Source of the DNA: an uncultured Clostridium sp. | GTDB taxonomy: Bacteria; Bacillota_I; Bacilli_A; RF39; UBA660 | Length of the DNA stretch: 64,000 bases | Assembly (NCBI GenBank): GCA_964578175.1 | Contig: CAZOBH010000002.1 | Coordinates: forward strand, 1,304-65,303 | Direction of reading: 5' to 3' | Shown: positions 18,382 through 27,491 of the stretch, one piece after another | Layout: every line of letters starts with the position of its first letter | Position numbering within the stretch: position 1 is the first letter of the stretch | The notes under the pieces: generated by a model | What the model was told of the DNA's origin: nothing | Seen by the model: the letters and a program-made list of their open reading frames with translations, nothing else | Database searches by the model: none | Program-made: the position numbers and the translations under genes

Positions 18382-18512
18382 TAAAAAATACATACCTGTA
18401 ATATGTTTTGATGCTCCATATAATAAAGAAATAGATGATAATAACCTATTTAGAGTCTTTGATTGGGATGAAGTATTAAATATTATTAAAAAAGAAAGTA
18501 GGTTTTAAAAAA

Positions 18513-18971
18513 ATGGAAAATGATATTAAATTAGTACCATATACAGAAGATGATTATGAATTTGTATATGATGTCAAAAAAAATGCTTATAAAAAATATG
18601 TTGAAGAGTGTTGGGGTTCATGGATAGAAGAAGATCAAAGAAAACATTTTGAAAAGTTTATATCAACTGTAAAAGATAATACATATATAATTATGGATGG
18701 AGATAAAAAGATTGGATTTTATAATGGTGAAATATTAGAAAATGGTAATTATGAAGTAGGTAATATATGTATTATTTCAGAATATCAAGGAAAAGGTATT
18801 GGAAGTAAGATTTTAAAAGATATTTTAGAAGAAAATAAAGATAAAGATATTGAAATACAATATTTTAAACAAAATCCAGTAGGAAGATTATATGAAAGAT
18901 TAGGATTTGTATCTAGTGGAGAAACTAAATTTCATTATCAAATGATTAAAGCTAAAACTAATCAAAAATAG
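18513..18971 (+). CDS. GNAT family N-acetyltransferase
   Basis: Acetyl-CoA binding motif EYQGKGIGSKIL and the LYERLGF tail. 152 aa. Confidence 0.85.
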   Translation: MENDIKLVPYTEDDYEFVYDVKKNAYKKYVEECWGSWIEEDQRKHFEKFISTVKDNTYIIMDGDKKIGFYNGEILENGNYEVGNICIISEYQGKGIGSKILKDILEENKDKDIEIQYFKQNPVGRLYERLGFVSSGETKFHYQMIKAKTNQK

Positions 18972-19040
18972 AGAGAGTAATGCTGATTTAGATCTTGATA
19001 TTGAGATAATTCCTACTGGGGATTATGAAGGGAGATAAAA

Positions 19041-19796
19041 ATGAAATTAAAAATAGCAAGTTATAATATTAGTGGCGGATTTTTTAACGATAAAGATGAA
19101 ACAGAATATTTAGATAAAGAAAGAGCAAGTGGATTTGATGATAGATTATTAAATCAAATTATAGAAACAATTAATAATGAAGATATAGATGTTATATGTT
19201 TTCAAGAGATAATTACTACAGAAAGAGTTCAATATATAAACAAAATTTGTGATGGAACTGAATTGAAAAATTATGAATATTATGAATTAAGTGAAAATAA
19301 TCTAGTAAAAGATACAAATAGTGGAATAGCTGTTCTGTCTAAGTATCCATTAGAGGTGTTAAAACGTGAGTTTTTTCCTAATCCAGGATTAACTAAGACA
19401 ACAAAATCAGGGAATACATATTATTTATATGACAAAGGATATATGGTAGTTGATTTATTAATAGAATCTAAAAGAATTAAACTTTTAACTCATCATGGAT
19501 TTCCTTATAAAGTTTTCGATTCAACAGCTGAAGATAATATGCAAGTATTTGAATTCTTCGATAGTAGAATTGATGAAATTAAACCAGATATTATTACAGG
19601 TGACTTTAATGTTGAAGATATGATGATTTTAATGCCAAACACAAATACTAACTATAAAAGAACTATTAATAGTATAACAACAGTAGATGGTGAAAAACTT
19701 GATGATATATTAGTACATAAAGATATTAACTATTCAAGCAATGTTTTAAAATTGTTATCAGATCATTTTATGGTTATTAGTGTTATTGAAATATAA
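19041..19796 (+). CDS. Endonuclease/exonuclease/phosphatase (EEP) family protein
   Basis: IASYNI, VICFQEI, TGDFNV and the C-terminal SDHFMV match the EEP catalytic motifs. Confidence 0.8.
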   Translation: MKLKIASYNISGGFFNDKDETEYLDKERASGFDDRLLNQIIETINNEDIDVICFQEIITTERVQYINKICDGTELKNYEYYELSENNLVKDTNSGIAVLSKYPLEVLKREFFPNPGLTKTTKSGNTYYLYDKGYMVVDLLIESKRIKLLTHHGFPYKVFDSTAEDNMQVFEFFDSRIDEIKPDIITGDFNVEDMMILMPNTNTNYKRTINSITTVDGEKLDDILVHKDINYSSNVLKLLSDHFMVISVIEI

Positions 19797-19821
19797 ATAG
19801 ATAATAATTATGGAGAATAGA

Positions 19822-20448
19822 ATGAAAACAATATATTTAATAAGACATTCAGCACCATTTATTGAAATAGAAAATTATACTGATTATAAAAATGTTTCAT
19901 GGGATGATTATAATCGTAATATGATTCTATCAAGTGAAGGTGAAGAAAAAGCAAAGGAATTATGTAAAGTAGATGAATTAAAAGATTTAGATGCAATTTA
20001 TTCAGCTGATTCATATAGAGCTATTGGAACTGCTAAATATGTAGCAGAAGAAAATAATAAGAAAATTATATTAGATGAAAGAATTAATGAAAGAAATCTT
20101 GGTGTAAAAACAATTAGTGAACTGCCTGAAAATCAAACAATGGATTCCTTTAATAATAAAGGTTATAAATTTGGTAGTGGTGAATCATTAAATGAAGTTG
20201 ACGCTAGATTTAATTCATTTATAGATGATATTTTAAAAAGTGATAATGAAAGAGTAGCTTTATTTATTCATGGAATAATAATGATGAGTTATTTACAAAA
20301 CAACAGTGATTTCTCATTTGATGGAAAAGTAATGAAAATTATATTTAATAATAAAGAAATATATAGTGATAAAATGAAAAATCCTATGATTTTTAAAATT
20401 ACATATGATAATAATAAAGTGATAGATATAAATAATATTAATATATAA
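19822..20448 (+). CDS. Histidine phosphatase (phosphoglycerate mutase-like) family protein
   Basis: N-terminal IYLIRHSAP (RH motif) and a later FIHG. I prefer the start at 19822 (RBS ggaga). Confidence 0.78.
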   Translation: MKTIYLIRHSAPFIEIENYTDYKNVSWDDYNRNMILSSEGEEKAKELCKVDELKDLDAIYSADSYRAIGTAKYVAEENNKKIILDERINERNLGVKTISELPENQTMDSFNNKGYKFGSGESLNEVDARFNSFIDDILKSDNERVALFIHGIIMMSYLQNNSDFSFDGKVMKIIFNNKEIYSDKMKNPMIFKITYDNNKVIDINNINI

Positions 20449-20451
20449 AGG

Positions 20452-20721
20452 ATGTTTGTTATGGACTTAGAAAAAGAAATAAAGAAAATAAAAGATAGAA
20501 ATAAAAGAGTAGAATTAGATAAAAAATGGGAAACTAGTTGGACTAGAAGAATTTGTATTATGATATTAACATATGTAATAGTTATTATATATTCATATTT
20601 AGTAAAGGGACAAAGTAGTATTTTATTTAGTTCATTAGTACCGGTTATAGGTTTTGTTTTATCTACATTATCTCTGAGATTAATTAGAAAGATATGGGAA
20701 AAAGTAATTAAAGCAAGTTAG
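20452..20721 (+). CDS. Small hypothetical membrane protein
   Basis: Two hydrophobic helices after a Lys/Glu-rich N-terminus. No family assigned. Confidence 0.45.
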   Translation: MFVMDLEKEIKKIKDRNKRVELDKKWETSWTRRICIMILTYVIVIIYSYLVKGQSSILFSSLVPVIGFVLSTLSLRLIRKIWEKVIKAS

Positions 20722-20727
20722 AAAAAA

Positions 20728-20755
20728 AAGAGTTAAAAATATTAACTCTTTTTTG
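20728..20755 (+). terminator. Intrinsic terminator
   Basis: Stem aagagttaa / ttaactctt followed by a T-run. Confidence 0.65.
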
Positions 20756-20817
20756 TTACATTTTAATTAATTTGTGATATAATACTGCTTGCTTGAATAA
20801 ATATATGGAGGTTGATT

Positions 20818-21711
20818 ATGAAAAAATTAGAGAAAATATTTAATTGGGGTTGGTATAAAATATGCAAATGTATTATAGGAGTATTTATTTATTCTATTGC
20901 AGTTAATTTATTTATTGTTCCAAATCATTTATATACAGGAGGAATACTTGGAGCGTCTCAGTTAATAAGAACATTAATATTAAGTGTTGCAAATATTAAT
21001 ACTAAAATTGATATTAGTTCTGTTATTTATTATTTAATTAATGTACCTTTGTTTATTATTGCTTATAAGAAGATAAGTAAAGTATTCTTTGCAAGAACTT
21101 TATTTACTGTTACATTAAATTCACTATTATTAATGCTTATTCCAATACCAAGTGAACCACTTGTTAATGGAATGCTTACTAATGTAATGATAGGTGGTAT
21201 TACTGCAGGAATTGGAATAGGAATGATTTTAAGTACAGGATCATCTAGTGGTGGTACAGATATAATTGGTATAGTTATAAGTAAAAAGATAAAATCATTT
21301 ACTGTTGGAAATCTAGGTCTTGTATTTAATATTTTCGTATATTCAATTAGTGGTATAATTAGTGGAATTAATACAATGATTTACTCAATTATAGCTGCAG
21401 TATTTGAATCTATCTTAATAGATAAGAATCATTCTCAAAATATATTATCTACTGCCTTTATTTTTACTAAGAAAAATCCTACCAAGATGCTATCTTTTAT
21501 TAGTAATGAATTAGAAAGAGATGCAACATATTGGGAAGCAACAGGAGGATATACTAAAACAAAAACTTATATAATATATACAGTTTTATCTAAATATGAA
21601 AGAATGAGACTCGAAAGACATATGAAAGAATTTGATAAACATGCCTTTATTGTTAGTGATGATGGAGTAGAAATAAAAGGTGAATTTAAGAAAAACTATC
21701 TAAATACTTAA
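20818..21711 (+). CDS. YitT family membrane protein (with a DUF2179-type C-terminal domain)
   Basis: Motifs YTGGILG and SSGGTDI in the polytopic N-terminal part, plus a soluble C-terminal domain (TYIIYTVLSKYERMRLERHMKEFDKHAFIVSDD). Confidence 0.85.
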   Translation: MKKLEKIFNWGWYKICKCIIGVFIYSIAVNLFIVPNHLYTGGILGASQLIRTLILSVANINTKIDISSVIYYLINVPLFIIAYKKISKVFFARTLFTVTLNSLLLMLIPIPSEPLVNGMLTNVMIGGITAGIGIGMILSTGSSSGGTDIIGIVISKKIKSFTVGNLGLVFNIFVYSISGIISGINTMIYSIIAAVFESILIDKNHSQNILSTAFIFTKKNPTKMLSFISNELERDATYWEATGGYTKTKTYIIYTVLSKYERMRLERHMKEFDKHAFIVSDDGVEIKGEFKKNYLNT

Positions 21712-21744
21712 TATTTCGTGTTATAATGAATATGAGGTGTTAGG

Positions 21745-21993
21745 ATGAATGATTTTATTGAAAATAGATTTGGTTATTTAAGAGAACTATCTGTTGAAGA
21801 AAGACAAGAAAAAATGCTAGAATTACAAGAAGATATGAACTATTGTTCAGAGTTATTAGCTGATGAAAATATCTCTGGTGAACAAAAAACAGATGCTAGA
21901 AATGATTATGGATACGATAGAGATATGTATGAATTTTTAAGTGCTATAACACCAGCAAGAGAAGATAATGAAGAAAAAACACATAAATTATAA
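21745..21993 (+). CDS. Small acidic hypothetical protein
   Basis: 82 aa with RBS gaggtg, followed by a terminator hairpin (aaaacacat / atgtgtttt). No family assigned. Confidence 0.45.
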   Translation: MNDFIENRFGYLRELSVEERQEKMLELQEDMNYCSELLADENISGEQKTDARNDYGYDRDMYEFLSAITPAREDNEEKTHKL

Positions 21994-22021
21994 TGTGTTT
22001 TTATTATAAACAGGTGATTAG

Positions 22022-22501
22022 ATGAAAAAAGAAGAAAAAACAAATGTAATGAGAATTTTAGAAGCTAAAAAGATAGATTATAAAAGTTATAATTATTTAG
22101 ATACAGATGCAATAAGTGGAATGGAAGTTGCTAATGTTTTAAATGAAGATCCAAATATGGTATTTAAAACTTTGGTAACAGTATCTAAGTCTAAACAATA
22201 TTATGTTTTTTTAGTACCAGTAAATAAGGAATTAGATTTAAAAAAAGCAGCTAAAGTGGTAGATGAAAAAAATATAGAAATGATTAAAAGTAAAGAACTT
22301 CTTCCGTTAACTGGTTATATTCATGGAGGATGTTCTCCGATAGGAATGAAAAAAGAATTTAAAACAACAATAGATAATAGTTGTATTAATTTCGAAAAAA
22401 TATTATTTAGTGCTGGTAAGATTGGTTATCAAGTAGAAGTAAATTTAAATGATTTAAAAAAAGTAATTAATTATCAACTAGGAGATATAACTGAAGATTA
22501 A
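22022..22501 (+). CDS. ybaK: Cys-tRNA(Pro)/Cys-tRNA(Cys) deacylase, YbaK family
   Basis: TNVMRILEAKKIDYK...FKTLV...GYIHGGCSPIG is the typical YbaK pattern. 159 aa. Confidence 0.88.
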   Translation: MKKEEKTNVMRILEAKKIDYKSYNYLDTDAISGMEVANVLNEDPNMVFKTLVTVSKSKQYYVFLVPVNKELDLKKAAKVVDEKNIEMIKSKELLPLTGYIHGGCSPIGMKKEFKTTIDNSCINFEKILFSAGKIGYQVEVNLNDLKKVINYQLGDITED

Positions 22502-22569
22502 ATATTTTAATTAAATTATTTTTTGATATAATTAAAGAGAGAGTAAAAAAGTAATAAAGAGGAGATATT

Positions 22570-23922
22570 ATGATGTATTCAAGGTTTGCTACTAGAGAAG
22601 AAGTAGCAGAAATAACTACTAAAGTAAATTTAAATACTGGACTTAAAACAGCAGGTATACCTTTAATGTATGATGCTAATTATATGTATATTGATGATAG
22701 TTCTGAATCTAATTTAATCATTGGTTCATCAGGTTCAGGAAAAACTCAAGCTTTAATTCTTCCAATGTTAAAGTTATCTATGATGGCTGATGAATCATTT
22801 GTTGTTAATGATCCTAAGGGAGAGATATATGAAAATACTGCTAAACATGCAATTGAACAAGGATATGACGTTAAAGTATTAGATTTTGGTGATCCTAGAT
22901 ATGGTAATAGCTGGAATATTTTTAGTGTTTCTTATAAATTATATAAAGAGAATAATAAAGATAAAGCAATTGAAATACTTAATGATATGGCTTATTACTT
23001 TTTATATAATAAATCAAGTAAAAATAATGATCCATTTTGGGTTAATTCAGCTATTAGTTATTTTGTTGGAATATCTTTATATCTATTTGAAAATGCCAAA
23101 GAAAATGAAATAAATATAGAAAGTTTATTATCTATATCTGATTACTTTAATAAAAAAGATATAACTAGTATTATAGAAAAAATTAATAAAAATAGTACTT
23201 CATATAGATGCTTATCTAGTATTCTTTTAGCTCCACCAGAAACTAGAGCTAGTATTATTTCAGTTTTTAATCAAGCATTAAGTAAATACGTATTAAAAGA
23301 GAATTTAAAGAGTATGTTATCTTTTAATGATTTAGATTTATTCGATATTACTAGTAAAAGAGTAGGAATATATATAGTTGGTGGGAAAGAAGAGTTATGC
23401 AATCATATAATACCAATGTTAATTAGTCAAATAATTGAGATTATTTATATAACACCAAAAACTGGATCTATTAATTTATTACTTGATGATTTTGATGATT
23501 TAATACCTATTAAAAACTTTTCTACTACATTATCTTTTATTAGAAATATGGGTGTTAAATTAACTGCAGCAATAAAAAGTTATACTCATCTTAATAATAT
23601 GTATTCTAAAGAAGAAGCTGATATACTTAAACTTTGTTTTAAAAATATAGTTTATTTATTGTCACGAGATAAATATACATTAGAAGAGATATCTAATGAA
23701 TGTGGTAATACTGTTAATGATGGAAAGGTAGAACCATTAATATCAGTTGAAGAGTTGAAAGTTATAAGTCCTTTTTGTGGAATAGTACTTATGCCAAGAA
23801 TGATGCCTTTTAAGACAAAATATATTCCTGATTATAAGATGGACTACGGATATGTAACAGAAAAAATAAATATTCCAAGTAGAGAAGAACATAATATAGA
23901 AAAGTATATGATTGAGGGATGA
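22570..23922 (+). CDS. Soluble type IV coupling protein-like ATPase (VirD4/TraG/TraD family) with no TM anchor
   Basis: Walker A GSSGSGKTQALILP, family motif VVNDPKGEIY, and a Walker B-like LLLDDFDD. There is no N-terminal hydrophobic segment. Confidence 0.75.
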   Translation: MMYSRFATREEVAEITTKVNLNTGLKTAGIPLMYDANYMYIDDSSESNLIIGSSGSGKTQALILPMLKLSMMADESFVVNDPKGEIYENTAKHAIEQGYDVKVLDFGDPRYGNSWNIFSVSYKLYKENNKDKAIEILNDMAYYFLYNKSSKNNDPFWVNSAISYFVGISLYLFENAKENEINIESLLSISDYFNKKDITSIIEKINKNSTSYRCLSSILLAPPETRASIISVFNQALSKYVLKENLKSMLSFNDLDLFDITSKRVGIYIVGGKEELCNHIIPMLISQIIEIIYITPKTGSINLLLDDFDDLIPIKNFSTTLSFIRNMGVKLTAAIKSYTHLNNMYSKEEADILKLCFKNIVYLLSRDKYTLEEISNECGNTVNDGKVEPLISVEELKVISPFCGIVLMPRMMPFKTKYIPDYKMDYGYVTEKINIPSREEHNIEKYMIEG

Positions 23923-23936
23923 CAATCCCTTTTTTT
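23915..23936 (+). terminator. Terminator after the T4CP-like gene
   Basis: Stem agggat / atccct with loop gaca, followed by T6. It overlaps the stop codon. Confidence 0.6.
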
Positions 23937-23937
23937 A

Positions 23938-23946
23938 TGATATAAT
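23938..23946 (+). promoter_or_regulatory. Extended -10 promoter element (TGaTATAAT) for the paralog pair
   Basis: The motif tgatataat lies immediately after the terminator T-run, about 23 nt upstream of the ATG at 23969. Confidence 0.5.
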
Positions 23947-23968
23947 ATTTCAAGTCTGGAGAGATATT

Positions 23969-24448
23969 ATGAGTAAATATGATTCTATTGTTATTTCTGT
24001 TATTGATAGAGATGGTGAATTTCATAATGTAGAAGCATCTATGGATTATATGAAACATTACTTTGCATTTTCTAAGTTATTTAATAAAAGTAATTTTGAC
24101 TTTAGTGATAATGCTTATTATAATGAAAATATAAAAGATAAATGTTCAATAACAGGATTTGATATTGCCAAATTTCTATGTGCTGAAGGATACGCTGTCT
24201 TTTTCCAAAGTGATGTACATAATTTTTATCATAATAAAAGAGTTGGAAGTTTGTTATTTCCATCTAATGCTACTATTGCTTTAGCTAATGCTGTATCTAT
24301 TATGCTTGAAGACTTGAATGATTATGATTTATATATTGGAACTGCAAAGTATAAGAATCCAAAGAAGAAAAAGATCATTTATCAAACATTGAATAAAGGA
24401 GTAAAAATAGAATGCAAGAAGAAACTAGTAGAGAAAATATTGGAGTAA
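23969..24448 (+). CDS. Hypothetical cytosolic protein, paralog 1 of a tandem pair
   Basis: RBS ggaga and ATG at 23969. Aligns to the next ORF: IVISVIDRDGEFHNVE / IGVILIDPDGVDNVE, TGFDIAKFLCA / SGFELANYCAA, GTAKYKNPKKKKIIYQTL / STARFKKPNRSTKVIQQTL. Confidence 0.55.
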   Translation: MSKYDSIVISVIDRDGEFHNVEASMDYMKHYFAFSKLFNKSNFDFSDNAYYNENIKDKCSITGFDIAKFLCAEGYAVFFQSDVHNFYHNKRVGSLLFPSNATIALANAVSIMLEDLNDYDLYIGTAKYKNPKKKKIIYQTLNKGVKIECKKKLVEKILE

Positions 24449-24924
24449 TTTTAATAGACCCAGATGGAGTAGATAATGTTGAACATGCCAGAGAAACAGA
24501 AAAATGTCATGGATTTATATATGAAAGACTTCAAGAAAGAGTTCCAGATATTTTAAAAGGTTATACATCAAGTTTAACAACATCTTCTGGTTTTGAATTA
24601 GCTAATTATTGTGCTGCAAGTAATAATGTTGTTATTTGGCCTACTAATGTTAATGATGATACTATGATTATAGTTACTTTACCTTCGGTTCTTACTGAAG
24701 AACAATGGGCTACTACTCAAGAATATCTAGGAGTTCTTCTGGGACATGAAGTATTTGTTTCAACTGCAAGATTTAAAAAACCAAATAGATCTACTAAAGT
24801 TATTCAACAAACTCTATATCAAGATGGAGATCCAGAAGAAGCAATTGAAGTAATAAATAATTTTGCATCAACAAGAGTCTTACATGATGAAGAACCTGTT
24901 CTAGAAACAAATAGAGAAATATGA
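24412..24924 (+). CDS. Hypothetical cytosolic protein, paralog 2 of a tandem pair
   Basis: RBS aaaggagt. Overlaps paralog 1 by 37 nt. Acidic C-terminal tail. See the alignment blocks given for paralog 1. Confidence 0.55.
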   Translation: MQEETSRENIGVILIDPDGVDNVEHARETEKCHGFIYERLQERVPDILKGYTSSLTTSSGFELANYCAASNNVVIWPTNVNDDTMIIVTLPSVLTEEQWATTQEYLGVLLGHEVFVSTARFKKPNRSTKVIQQTLYQDGDPEEAIEVINNFASTRVLHDEEPVLETNREI

Positions 24925-24946
24925 GATGCTAACAGCATCTTTTTTT
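24924..24946 (+). terminator. Terminator after the paralog pair
   Basis: Stem agatgc / gcatct followed by T7. Confidence 0.65.
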
Positions 24947-24972
24947 GTTATAATAAACTTAGAGGTGTAATT

Positions 24973-25308
24973 ATGGAAATAAAAATGCATTTAAATAATG
25001 AACCATTTAAATTAGTTAAAGAAGGATCTAAAAATATTGAAATAAGACTTTATGATGAAAAAAGAAGACAATTAAATGTAGGAGATATAATTGAATTTAC
25101 TAATAGAGATACTGGGGAAACTTTAAAAGTTGAATTAACTAATATATATACTTATGAAAATTTTGAAGAATTATATAAACATCATGACAAAATTAGTTTA
25201 GGTTATAAAGAAGAAGATATAGCTAGTCCTGCTGATATGAATATTTATTATAGTATGCAAGAACAAATAAAATATGGAGTTGTTGCTCTAGAATTTAAAG
25301 TTTTATAG
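24973..25308 (+). CDS. ASCH domain protein
   Basis: 111 aa. The pattern PFKLVKEGSKNIEIRLYDEKRRQLNVGDIIEF fits the ASCH/PUA-like beta-barrel. It has its own extended -10 element (TGtTATAAT at 24946-24954). Confidence 0.72.
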   Translation: MEIKMHLNNEPFKLVKEGSKNIEIRLYDEKRRQLNVGDIIEFTNRDTGETLKVELTNIYTYENFEELYKHHDKISLGYKEEDIASPADMNIYYSMQEQIKYGVVALEFKVL

Positions 25309-25324
25309 TGTTAACAAAATAATC

Positions 25325-25353
25325 TTGACAAATGATTGCAAGTAGAATATAAT
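25325..25353 (+). promoter_or_regulatory. Consensus sigma-A promoter of rpsP
   Basis: TTGACA (25325-25330), a 17-nt spacer, then TATAAT (25348-25353). Confidence 0.7.
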
Positions 25354-25377
25354 TGACTAGTAATTAAGGAGGTATTT

Positions 25378-25659
25378 ATGGCTGTTAAAATTAGATTAAC
25401 AAGAATGGGAGCTAAAAAGAAGCCAGTTTATAGAATTGTTGCTAGTGATTCAAGACGTCCTAGAGATGGACAATATATTGAATTAGTTGGAACATATAAT
25501 CCATTAACTGACCCAGCTACAGTTAAGATTAATGAAGAAGTTGCTTTAAAATGGTTAAGTAATGGTGCTGAACCAACTGACACAGTTAGAAATCTATTTA
25601 GCAAAGCAGGAGTTATGAAAAAATTTGCTGATTCAAAAAATAAGAAAGCAGGTAAATAA
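25378..25659 (+). CDS. rpsP: 30S ribosomal protein S16
   Basis: [29 protein letters not shown] is the canonical S16 N-terminus. Confidence 0.95.
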   Translation: MAVKIRLTRMGAKKKPVYRIVASDSRRPRDGQYIELVGTYNPLTDPATVKINEEVALKWLSNGAEPTDTVRNLFSKAGVMKKFADSKNKKAGK

Positions 25660-25661
25660 TT

Positions 25662-25910
25662 ATGGATTTAGTTGCTCTTACAGAAGAATTAGTTAAATTA
25701 GTTGTTGTACATAAAGATTCAGTTAGTGTTAAAGAATTTCCTACTGAAGAAGATAATGAAATACTTATTGAAGTTATGATTGATGAAGATGATATGGGTA
25801 GAGTAATTGGTAAATCTGGGAAAACTGCTAACGCTATAAGAACTTTAGTACAAGCTAGTAGCTTTTTAGGTGATAATAAACACGTAAGAATTAATATTGA
25901 AAGTTTTTAG
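25662..25910 (+). CDS. KH domain RNA-binding protein (YlqC/UPF0109)
   Basis: GRVIGKSGKTANAIRTLV carries the KH GxxG motif. The position after rpsP is conserved. Confidence 0.88.
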   Translation: MDLVALTEELVKLVVVHKDSVSVKEFPTEEDNEILIEVMIDEDDMGRVIGKSGKTANAIRTLVQASSFLGDNKHVRINIESF

Positions 25911-25911
25911 G

Positions 25912-25942
25912 AATGTCTAATCAATTATTAGACATTTTTATT
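25912..25942 (+). terminator. Intrinsic terminator
   Basis: Stem aatgtctaa / ttagacatt followed by a T-run. Confidence 0.65.
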
Positions 25943-25995
25943 TGTTTTATTGTAATGAATAAAAAATTATATTATAATTTCATATAGGTGATAGT

Positions 25996-26688
25996 ATGGA
26001 TGATAGAATAATTCCAGAGCATGTTGCTATAATTATGGATGGTAATAGGAGATGGGCCAAAGAAAGAGGTCTTAATCCTAGTAGAGGACATCTAGAAGGT
26101 AGTAAAACTCTTGAAGAAACAGGAATGTATGCTTTTAAAAGTGGAGTTAAAGTATTAAGTGTATTTGCTTTTTCTACTGAGAATTTTAAAAGAAGTGAAG
26201 AAGAAGTTAAATATTTAATGGATTTATTAATAAAGAAGTTTAAAAGTACTTCTGCTAAGTTTAAAAAGAATGGTATTAAAGTAGTTATATCTGGTAGAAG
26301 AGATAATCTTAGAAATGATGTATTGAAAGCTTTAGATGAACTCGAAGAGTCTACTGGAGATGGAACAAATGGAATATTTAATATTTGTCTAAATTATGGT
26401 GGTCAAGCTGAAATAGAAGATGCAGCAAGACATATTGCTAAAGATTATAAAGAAGGTAAGTTAGATCTTGATCATTTAGATTTTAATAAATATTTATATA
26501 AAGATTTACCACCTATTGATTTTATGATTCGAACTAGTGGTGAAGAAAGAATTAGTAATTTTATGTTATATCAACTTGCATATGCGGAATTATATTTTAC
26601 AGATGTATATTTTCCTGATTTTGATAGTAAACAATTTGATATAGCAATTGATGAGTTTAACAAAAGAAAAAGAAGGTTTGGAGGTTAA
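25996..26688 (+). CDS. uppS: Undecaprenyl diphosphate synthase (isoprenyl transferase)
   Basis: [23 protein letters not shown] and [24 protein letters not shown]. Confidence 0.93.
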   Translation: MDDRIIPEHVAIIMDGNRRWAKERGLNPSRGHLEGSKTLEETGMYAFKSGVKVLSVFAFSTENFKRSEEEVKYLMDLLIKKFKSTSAKFKKNGIKVVISGRRDNLRNDVLKALDELEESTGDGTNGIFNICLNYGGQAEIEDAARHIAKDYKEGKLDLDHLDFNKYLYKDLPPIDFMIRTSGEERISNFMLYQLAYAELYFTDVYFPDFDSKQFDIAIDEFNKRKRRFGG

Positions 26689-26690
26689 GT

Positions 26691-27491
26691 ATGAAAACTA
26701 GAGTTATTAGTTCGCTTGTTTTATTAATTATATGTATTCCATTATTATTAATTGGAGGAATACCATTTGATATATTAATGCTTTGTATTGCATTGTTTTC
26801 ATTATATGAAATATTTAAAGTTAGAAAATTAAAAAGAAAAGTACCTATAGTTATGGAATTATTTGCTTATGCCTTTTTGGCATTTTTAACATTTAATAAT
26901 TATGATTCAGCTAATTTGTTTATAGAAATAGATTATAGATTAGTTGCATTTATGATATTTTTCTTATTATTTCCAATTGTATTTATTAATAATCAAAAGA
27001 AATATAATGTAGATGATGCTTTATTTATTGTAGGTGCTGTATTATTTATTGGTATTACATTAAATATTCTGGTTATATTAAGAAATTATAATCTTAATTA
27101 TATAATTTATATATTATTAATTAGTTGTATTACTGATATATTTGCATTATTTACTGGTAGATTTATAGGTAGAACTAAATTAACTAGTATTTCTCCTAAG
27201 AAAACAGTTGAAGGATCAATTGGTGGATCTATTATGGGAACAATACTTGCTTCAATGTATTATGTTACTGTAATAAATCCTGAAGTTAATTTATGTGTTA
27301 TTGTAGTTATTACTTTATTATTAACTATATTTGGTCAAATAGGAGATTTAGTATTCTCATCTATTAAAAGATATTATGGAACAAAAGATTTCTCAAATTT
27401 AATACCTGGACATGGTGGAGTGTTAGACAGAATAGATAGTACTATTTTTGTTACACTTGGTCTATTATTATTTATGGTGGTGTTAAAATGA
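26691..27491 (+). CDS. cdsA: Phosphatidate cytidylyltransferase
   Basis: C-terminal signature [28 protein letters not shown]. Polytopic membrane protein. Confidence 0.9.
   Translation: MKTRVISSLVLLIICIPLLLIGGIPFDILMLCIALFSLYEIFKVRKLKRKVPIVMELFAYAFLAFLTFNNYDSANLFIEIDYRLVAFMIFFLLFPIVFINNQKKYNVDDALFIVGAVLFIGITLNILVILRNYNLNYIIYILLISCITDIFALFTGRFIGRTKLTSISPKKTVEGSIGGSIMGTILASMYYVTVINPEVNLCVIVVITLLLTIFGQIGDLVFSSIKRYYGTKDFSNLIPGHGGVLDRIDSTIFVTLGLLLFMVVLK

Noticed and set aside
18382-18512. 43-codon stop-free frame without a start codon (…VFDWDEVLNIIKKESRF*) upstream of the GNAT gene, and a similar short frame at 18972-19040, considered as possible gene remnants
   Set aside because: They are too short, and the chance of such open frames is not negligible. 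No recognisable motif is present, so I cannot support a pseudogene call without a database hit.
15920-19052. A 19-nt identity (gagataaaaatgaaattaa) at the starts of the HAM1-like gene (about 15924) and the EEP gene (about 19034), considered as a possible cassette boundary
   Set aside because: It consists of RBS, ATG and Lys-Leu codons in a very AT-rich genome. A rough estimate suggests a match of this length is not far from chance expectation in 64 kb, and there is no flanking similarity.
22886-24058. Short alternative-frame and antisense ORFs (22886-23113 +, 23743-23925 -, 23810-24058 -) in and around the T4CP-like gene
   Set aside because: They overlap a CDS with clear family motifs, or overlap the terminator and promoter between genes. 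They have an Ile/Phe/Tyr-rich composition and no RBS.
22570-25308. Interpreting the T4CP-like gene, the two paralogs and the ASCH gene as an integrated conjugative element or plasmid remnant
   Set aside because: I could see no integrase, relaxase, T4SS component, flanking direct repeats or tRNA/att site. The genes have separate promoters and terminators. Only the orphan status is reported as a finding.
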